Source of the DNA: Eledone cirrhosa
Taxonomy: Eukaryota
Length of the DNA stretch: 64,000 nucleotides
Reading direction: 5' to 3'
Assembly: GCA_964016885.1 (NCBI GenBank)
Contig: OZ024740.1
Coordinates: forward strand, 425,630,001 to 425,694,000
The translations under genes were made by a program, and so were the position numbers. The notes beneath the pieces are model-generated. The model ran no database searches, was not told the origin of the DNA, and saw only the letters and a program-made list of their open reading frames with translations. Positions 54,583 through 64,000 of the stretch are shown piece by piece. Each line of letters begins with the position of its first letter. Position 1 is the first letter of the stretch.

Positions 54583-54616
54583 TATATATATATGTTCCGT
54601 ATAACCATGTCCATTA

Positions 54617-54654
54617 CGAGCTGAGTATCCGCTAAGGTGAAACAATTGTTCTCG
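54617..54654 (+). ncRNA. Minimal hammerhead-like motif with damaged core (G8U)
   Basis: CGAG-CTGAGTA-TCC(GCTAA)GGT-GAAA-CAATTG-TT/CTCG. Confidence 0.55.
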
Positions 54655-55933
54655 GTATGGTGAACTAACTGTTGTGTAACCACTTCTACCCAACTCGTCC
54701 CATGGACTAAGTGCTCTACCACTACGGATATTACCTTCCAGTGTTCTACCTCTCTCTCTCTATCTATATATATACACTACATAAACAGAGAAAGCCTTAA
54801 GCGATACTCCGACCAACTCCATCTCACTCAACAAACATTAGGATATACCTAAGTATTTTCCCAATTTAGTGTTTGGGGTGCTAACTAAGTAGTATTGCGT
54901 GGATAGCTGGTTGTATTATTTTATATGAGACATAAATAAATATCTCTTTCCTTCCAGGGCCGTTTCGTTATAAGATTTCTACAATTTGGGATAAATAATT
55001 TCCAGGTTATTTAGAAAATTGTATATAATCCATAGCTTTATACACAAGCGGGTTCTTATAAACACATCAGTGGATGCTCACATAATATCGATATAAGAAT
55101 TATATCGACATTAATAGAATGATGATGGTCTCCCTCAGCGCTAAGAAGAGACTGGTAGATTAGAAAATCCAGCAGTCCTCCCAAAGATATATATATATTG
55201 AGAGCATATATATATATATATATTGGCCATTGAAAGGTGTATGTTTATGAAGGGGTGGTGGTGTTGGTGATACGGTCTTCGTAGGAACTATATATATATA
55301 TATATATATATATCATCGAAAGGTGTAAGTGTATGAAGGGGTGGTGGTGTTGGTGATACGGGCTTGGTAGGTATGTGTGTCGCCTCTATTATTGTTATGT
55401 ATCATTAAAACTGCTAGAAACATCTTCCGTTGTTGAGCCGAGCTCAATCGAGCAATGTCACTTCGTTTATGAAATCTAACTATTCTGATATGGGTTAAAA
55501 CTAATCGTTGTAAGGTGGTAGTGGCGGCAGTGGTGGTGGTGCTGGTGGTTGTGGTGGTGGTGGAGATGATGGTCGTAGTGGTGGTGGTGGTGGTGGTGGT
55601 GGTGGTAGTGGTGGTGGTGGTGGTAGAGATGGTGGTGCTGGTGGTGGAAGTGGTGGTAATCAACATAACATAAAATAAAAGGGAAGTGTGCTGAAATGAA
55701 GTGAAGATAGGATAGAAATAAATGTAAGATTTACTTAAATGTCTGTAGAGAGAGGAGACTGGAGCGTGAGGGATGGGGAAGGATGATACTGAGAGAGGGA
55801 GAGAGATAGAGAGAGAGGGTGGGGTGAGTGTGAGAGAGAGAGGGAGTGATGGGGGAGAGATTGAGAAGGAGGGTGCGTGAGAGAGAGTGAGAGACTGGAG
55901 CGTGAGGGATGAAGTAGGATGATACTGAGAGAG

Positions 55934-55995
<62 letters not shown>

Positions 55996-56486
55996 TTGAG
56001 ACGGGGAGTGAAACAGAGAGATTGTGAGAGAGAGAGAGAAAGAGAGAGAGAGAGTACGTAAAGTCTGTTTTCTCTTTATTCGATAATCTTCGGTACTGAT
56101 TAATTGATTGTTTATGGTATCTTCTCATAAATGGCGGCTGTTTTATAGTTGTGCTGACTTTTAGAGAAATGAATTAGATGTTACTCTTTCAGTGTCATAT
56201 TCGTATCTTACCGAAATAATTATCCTCATTGCGAAAGCAGCCTTCATTTCCTTTATTTGTTTTTCGACGCCATATTTATGTTGATGACCTCGCCGCGTCG
56301 TCGTGTCGCAGTGAAAGTACATGGAAAGTTTTGATTACTTCCATAACTCATAGAATTCGACTAAGTTTAAATATTTAAGGCGAAAAGAAAAAGAGATTAT
56401 GACCCTCGAAAAATTCAGAAAAGGAAGAAATTATTAAAATAAGTATTTGAATATAACACGAACATTAAAGAACGATAAATATCGAT

Positions 56487-58192
<1,706 letters not shown>

Positions 58193-59025
58193 CAATAATA
58201 ATAATAATAATAATAATAATACGCACATGGTGGATATATCGTTATGGAATTGCTCCCGTAATGTTTTGGATTTTGCATATTTAAAACAACTGTAATAGAA
58301 TAATTCTTATTACAAATGAAACATAAGATTACAGTTTTGATTCTCAGCAAGCGACAACGCATCACATTATGACATAGGGCCCCAATATTTAATATTTAAT
58401 TTTGGATCAGAAATGTTATAGTCAAAGAAGAGGAAAATGGCTACATGGACAGAGAGGCAAATAATTTCACCACCATCACCACTACCACGCCAAAAAAATC
58501 TAGCCAAGTTACTCCAACTTCTATTTCTACTTCAACTTCAACACCATCACTACAGTACTACGATGACATCACCACCACCATCACTGCCTCATTATCGCTA
58601 CCGCCGCTATTCTCTCCTACTACCTCCTGCTAAGTACTACTAGCACATCACCACCACCACCACTGCCTCATTATGGCTACCGCCGCTATTCTCTCCCACT
58701 ACCTGCTGCTAAGACAGAGGTATCGTAGTATTCCCACTAAGTGAGGAAGGCATCAAAAGATATAAATAGACTGATTTGATGACCCGGTCAAAAAAATTCA
58801 AAAAATCAAAAATCAAAATCAAAACAGCACAGCAGCAACGAAAAACGTAAAGAAAAGAAAAAAGAAAAGAAAAACAAACAAAAAAACTAAGTCAGACATT
58901 CAAACATTACATTACAATGAAACGTATGCTTATTTTTTTAGGATTTTACCTATTTATTTGTTTATTTATTTATGTTCGTCTACAGCGTGATAGTGCCACG
59001 CTAAAATCACCGGGAGTGATCAAAT

Positions 59026-62000
59026 CAGTACAGGACAATACAGGACGGTAAAAATGGGCATTTCAGCGTGTAAAAAACAAAAACAGAGGATGTTCGCGCG
59101 GATCCCCCTCAACGTCTCCAGTTTGTGCAGCAATGGCTCGAGAGTCAATACGTACAAGAGGGACGAGAGGTGACATCCTTGGCGGACCGAGTGCATGATG
59201 TTGAACAGTTCCAAAAGGTGACCGTTCACTCTCACCACAGAGCAGATGTTGCTGTGCATGGCAGCGATCCAGCCTCTGAAGACGGGCCCAAAGCCAGACG
59301 CGCTCAGGACTGCCGCTAGGTAACGATGGTCGACCCTATCGAAAGCTTTCGACTGATCTAACTTGATCAAGGACCCACCGTGCCAGGTTCCCTAGCTACC
59401 CTCTCTACGATGTATCGCATGAGGTGAAGGTTGTCGTGGATGGATCTGTCGGGAATGGCGCATGTCTGCGCCTCTCCGACCAGACCACCAACGACAAGCG
59501 CAAACCTCTTTGCTAGCACCTTGGCCAAAATCTTGAACTCTGTGTTTAGCAGAGTTATGGGCCGGAAATTATCTATGTTATCCCCCTTGTTCGGATCCTT
59601 TCTCAGCAGCGTCACCGCTCCTCGGCTCACAGAGCTGGGAATTCACCCGTTCTGTTGCCAGTTGCAGTAGACGTCCGCCAAGAGGCCTCCCAACAAGTCT
59701 GGCATCTGTACGTAAAGTTTATAGGGGACACCATCCAAACCAGGCGATTTACCCCTTGTGCAGCCAGTCATTGCCTCCCGTACTTCAGCGGCTGTTATCG
59801 GCTTTTCGCAACACTCCGCAGCAGTCCGTCGAGATAGACACTAAAGTCCATCCCTCGATCCAGCCCGCCGTTTCCCCTGAACAGCTGAGCGAAGTGTCGC
59901 TGAAAAGCTTCACACCTTTGCCCGGGATCGAGTAGCATGCGTCCGTCGTTGTCCACCAGAGACCGGATTGTGGCTTTGTAGCCACGACGCGCCTCCACCA
60001 CTCGGGCCCATTGAACGGCTTTCGTCCTCTCGTGTCTGAGAGCACGCACCCTAGCTCTGACAACTCAGCCTTCGTGCTTTGCATTGAAGAATTGTTCAAG
60101 GGCCAATTTCGCTGGAAGTACGTCGGTCGCGATGTCTTTGCTAAGCGCCTCGTCAAATTTTCTAACTAGTTCTCCCTCTGCTCTATTTTTCTCTATAGCT
60201 AAAGCCTTACTAAACCTCTTGGACTCTATTCTAATCGCTCTTTTCAGAGCAAACCACCACTTGTTGTTGACGATGGCCCCCGTCAACGCTCGCTTAGCTA
60301 GTTCGCTAATCCGGTCTATGTATGCCTTGTGCGCTGGTAAGGACGCATTTAGTTTCCAGTAGCCGGGTCCTCGTCTATGAAGCCTATCTAAGTCAAGCAC
60401 ACAGATCACGAATTTGTGGTCCGTGTAGCTGACTTTCTTGAATTGTGGACAGCCTATGCTAGACATATCTATTTCCCTACAAAATACTCTATCTAGATAT
60501 GATCTGGATGACCCTATGCGGTTTGTTCAAGGACACATTGGCACATTCGGGAAATCCAATCGGTACCTGTCAGACAGTTCAAAACGCCTGAACAGGTTGT
60601 TGTGGCTCTTGTGCCCTCCTCCCCTATCCGCTAATCCCACACAATCCCAGCGTGCATCTAAGATCCCGCCCCAGTCGCCCACTAACACTAAAGAGCGGGA
60701 CGTTCCAAGTAAGGTCTCCAGAGCCGGAAGAAATCAGGCCGCCCTGCTCCTGTCGGGGCATAGACGGCCACTAGCCTGAAAGCTTACCCGTCTACGCTGG
60801 TCACGTCCAGCACCACCAACTTACCTTCTAGGTCCAGGAAGATGGCCCGTATGGCGAGATCCAAACCCCTCCGAAAAAGCACAGCAACTCCTCCCCCCGA
60901 TCCATGACGGCTGGGAGATGCGTACTCATCGTAGCCGCCGAAGATCGGTGCGAAGGACTGTGTTTCGAAGATTCTGGTCTCGCTGATGGCCACTACATCT
61001 ATGTTTAGTGACCTGAGGTCGTTGAGCAGGTGGCCCTGCTTCCATGACGACCCCAATCCACGCGCATTTATGCTGCCTATTCTGAGTGAAGTCATGTTGA
61101 AATGGAATGGAAAAGATGGCAAAGACCACTTACCTTACTTCTCGTCGAGAAAGGATGGTTTCTCCATCCTTTTCACTGCTTGTGGCCTCCTCCGGGAGGA
61201 TGTCCTTATAAATCCTCCTGGAGAGTGCTTGTTGGAAATCTCCGATGTCTTTGGGGAATTTTTGTTTTAGTGTCGTGTACGTTTTCTGTGTGATGCGAGT
61301 GATTTGTATGTGAGGAGGTGGTGTGAACTTTTGGTGTGTTGTGTAGTCTTTTTCTGTGATGCTAGTGTTGTGTTGGATGTAGTGTAATAATTAGTTGCTG
61401 TTCAAATTTAATTGTTTCTACTTTAGGCACAAGGCCAGCAATTACCCAGTGCATTACTAGTACTTTATTTTATCGACCCCGTAAGGATGAAAGGCAAAGT
61501 CAACCTCGGCGGGATTTGAACTCAGATCGTAAAGGGACGTAACTATGCTGGAAAGCATGGCGTCCGACCCTCTACGTGATACAGCCAATCCACCGCCCTG
61601 TTGCTGTTCAAATTTAATGCTGTGTAGTGTGTATCGTTTTGGTTGTTTTGTTTGCGTTTGTTGTGGGTTTGTTTCTGTTTCGGTTTTTTGGTGACTTTTG
61701 TGGTGTTGGTAATGGTGGTATTGGGGTTAATGGTGGTGATGGTTTTGGTGTTTGTGGTGATGGGGTTTGTGATGCTGGTGTGGATGGTGGCATAGCTGTC
61801 CTAAATTTTTTGTTTGATAGTTTATTTGTTTCCCTCTGTATTTTGTTTTTGGAGGGGGAAGGAAGAGGATTTTTTTCTTTTTTGGCTTCTTTTTCTTTTT
61901 TTCTTTTTTCCTGATACCGTTTCCCACTCCTAGTCGTCACAATCTGTTTCCAGTTGCGATAGGTCCTGGAGTGGAAAATCCTCCACAGGCGTTGGTTTTG

Positions 62001-63102
62001 GTTGTGGCGTGGTGGATGGTGTAGGCGCTGGTGCTAGTTCTGGCGCGTTGGGTGGTGGTGGTGTTGGTTTTGCTACTGTTGCTGGGTTTGTTGCTGTTCC
62101 AGTTGCTTCTGTTGTTGCTGCTACAATTGTTACTGCCATTTCTGCTGGTGGTGGTGTTGATGGTTGAGTCACTGGGGTGGGTAAGAGAGGTGGCCTCAAC
62201 CTTTTAGCCTGAGGGCAGAAAGCCCTTAGGTGGGTTCCTTCACCACAAACGACACACCTAGGCCGTCTGCCCTCGACGATTACGGTGAGGTGGCTGCCGT
62301 CAGTGAGGTCTATTACCTCTGGGATCTCCTCAATGCTTTTTTGGTCCGCTTGGATCAGGAGCTCCATCCCAGATCCGGACCAGTTTTCCTGTTTTTCTTT
62401 TGCTATTTCGATTATCTTGGTGCTGACCCCTGTCCTCATCTTTCTTTACCATTCTCATGGCTTCATCTAATTCCTCCTGAGTTACCTGGATTGTTTCGCA
62501 TTTTTTGGCTGACTTCGCAAATGACACGATGTTATTCTCATTGTTGTTGTTGCTGTTGTTGTTATTGTTATCTTTGTTATTGTTATTTTTAGTTTCAGTT
62601 GTGGTGGTGGTGGCGTTCGGTGTGGAAGAGTCCATTCTGGGTGAATCCATTTCGATGTCACGAGATAATTTATTTTTTTCTTTTATATCTGTTGTCGCGG
62701 TGGTGGTGCAGCGGGTGGCGTCTTCAACACCTGCAGTCATTGGTAATGGCGGGAAATGAATGACTGCATGAGACAAATTTAAATTATTGCTACTGCTTAT
62801 AATTTAGTGTTGGCAAACGTAGTACTATTTACAATGGTGGTGTCGGTGTGAGGTGTTAGTTTGTGAGGAAGGTGTGACTATGAGTCGTCTATGATTTTTT
62901 CAAAGAAATTTTTTGTTTGATAATTATAAAAGTTTAAATTTTGGGCTCAAGGCCCCAATCTTTTTGAGTGTCTTTTCCGAAAGCAAATTTTGTGACCTTA
63001 TAAACAATTAACAATAATTTTTCATAAATGGCAATTTTAAACAAACGAAAACAACAAACCTTTGTGGAGCTCACGATGATACGATTTCCTACGTAGGACG
63101 CC
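59026..63102 (-). mobile_element. L1/Tx1-clade LINE: 5' UTR, ORF1 (CCHC), ORF2 APE plus partial RT; internally deleted and frameshifted
   Basis: ORF1 VEGRRPRCVVCGEGTHLRAFC. APE SINARGL, AISETR, YTDHK, GYWKLN. RT FRPITLLNTEFKILAK, LDQSKAFDRVDH, VRQGC. The RT is fused at about 59094 to a 3' UTR matching 56641-56708. The 5' end abuts (TAA)n. Confidence 0.9.
61413..61599 (-). mobile_element. Full-length tRNA-derived SINE inserted in Tx1 ORF1
   Basis: 19-bp TSD GTTGCTGTTCAAATTTAAT (61394-61412 and 61600-61618), A/B boxes, almost identical to the copy at 40473. Confidence 0.92.
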
Positions 63103-63110
63103 AATAATAA

Positions 63111-63203
<93 letters not shown>

Positions 63204-63205
<2 letters not shown>

Positions 63206-63931
63206 CTAATGGCTGCGCAGGAGCAGGCCCTCAAAACGAAGTGGTTGAAGCACCATATCTACAAGGAGGAGGCTAGCCCACTGTGCAGGATCTGTGGAGA
63301 GAGAGAGGAGACTGTGGCTCACATTGTGTCCGAGTGTAAACACCTAGCCCAGACCCACTATAAGGGCTGGAGACACGATGTGATGGGCAGGGTGATCCAC
63401 TGGCACCTGTGCAAAGTAAACAATTTACCACATTCTGAGAAATGGTATGAGCATAGGCCAGAGGCGGTGATGGAGAACAATCAGGTGAAGGTGCTGTGGG
63501 ATTTTAGGATACAGACGGACAAAAAACTGGAACACAATAGACCTGACCTGGTGGTTGTGGACAAAGAAAAAAGATCGTGCCTGATTGTGGATGTGGCCTG
63601 CCCGTTCGACACGAGAGTGCAAGAGAAGGAGAGGGAGAAAATTAACCGATACCAGGACCTAAAGTGGGAGGTGAAAAGGATTTGGAACTGCCATGAAGTC
63701 AAAGTGATCCCGATTGTCATAGGCGCACTGGGGACTATCTCCAAAAGTTTCCAGGGATGGTTAAAGAAAATCGGCCCCTTCACGCTTTTTGGAACGCTTC
63801 AAAAGGCATGCTTGCTTGGAACAGCAAGAACCCTCCGATACGTCCTGAATATCTGAGGCTGCAGGTAGTGGCTTGATATTCAATCCAACGGACTTTCCAG
63901 TTAACCAACATCAATGACTGAGATTCAAGGA
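63204..63931 (+). mobile_element. 5'-truncated R4/Dong-like non-LTR element in (TAA)n; ORF fragment to 63856 with restriction-like endonuclease
   Basis: AAQEQAL, CRICGEREETVAHIVSEC, RHD, VLWD, NRPDL..VDVACP..EK..RY, PIVIGALG. (AAT)n on both sides. Confidence 0.92.
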
Positions 63932-63942
63932 ATAACAACAAC

Positions 63943-63989
<47 letters not shown>

Positions 63990-64000
63990 GGGAAGAAGAC

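Overview
This is eukaryotic, AT-rich, gene-poor repetitive DNA. The SINE families and microsatellite content suggest an octopus or other cephalopod (inference). Bases 1-20419 are a 51-bp tandem satellite with nested higher-order duplications; its many ORFs are artefacts of the 17-codon period. Bases 20420-64000 are a mosaic of microsatellites and mobile elements, and I found no host gene. The elements are: three 5'-truncated Penelope-like elements (one Neptune-like, two Naiad-like), two L1/Tx1 copies, an R4/Dong-like fragment in (TAA)n, a Helitron, a Tc1/mariner MITE, tRNA-derived SINEs and RTE/CR1 remnants. The main observation is that (TA)n tracts between about 21 and 55 kb hold some 20 intact or decayed type I hammerhead ribozyme motifs, folded by eye, from about ten unrelated sequence families. 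They occur in three architectures: short head-to-head fold-backs with a 40-90 bp tail on one arm only; tandem direct monomers of 467 and 494 bp that resemble retrozymes (candidate circular RNAs); and inverted pseudo-LTRs around truncated RT/GIY-YIG ORFs. Together these suggest a (TA)n-targeted system of Penelope elements and non-coding ribozyme parasites. No ribozyme activity, expression or database match was tested.
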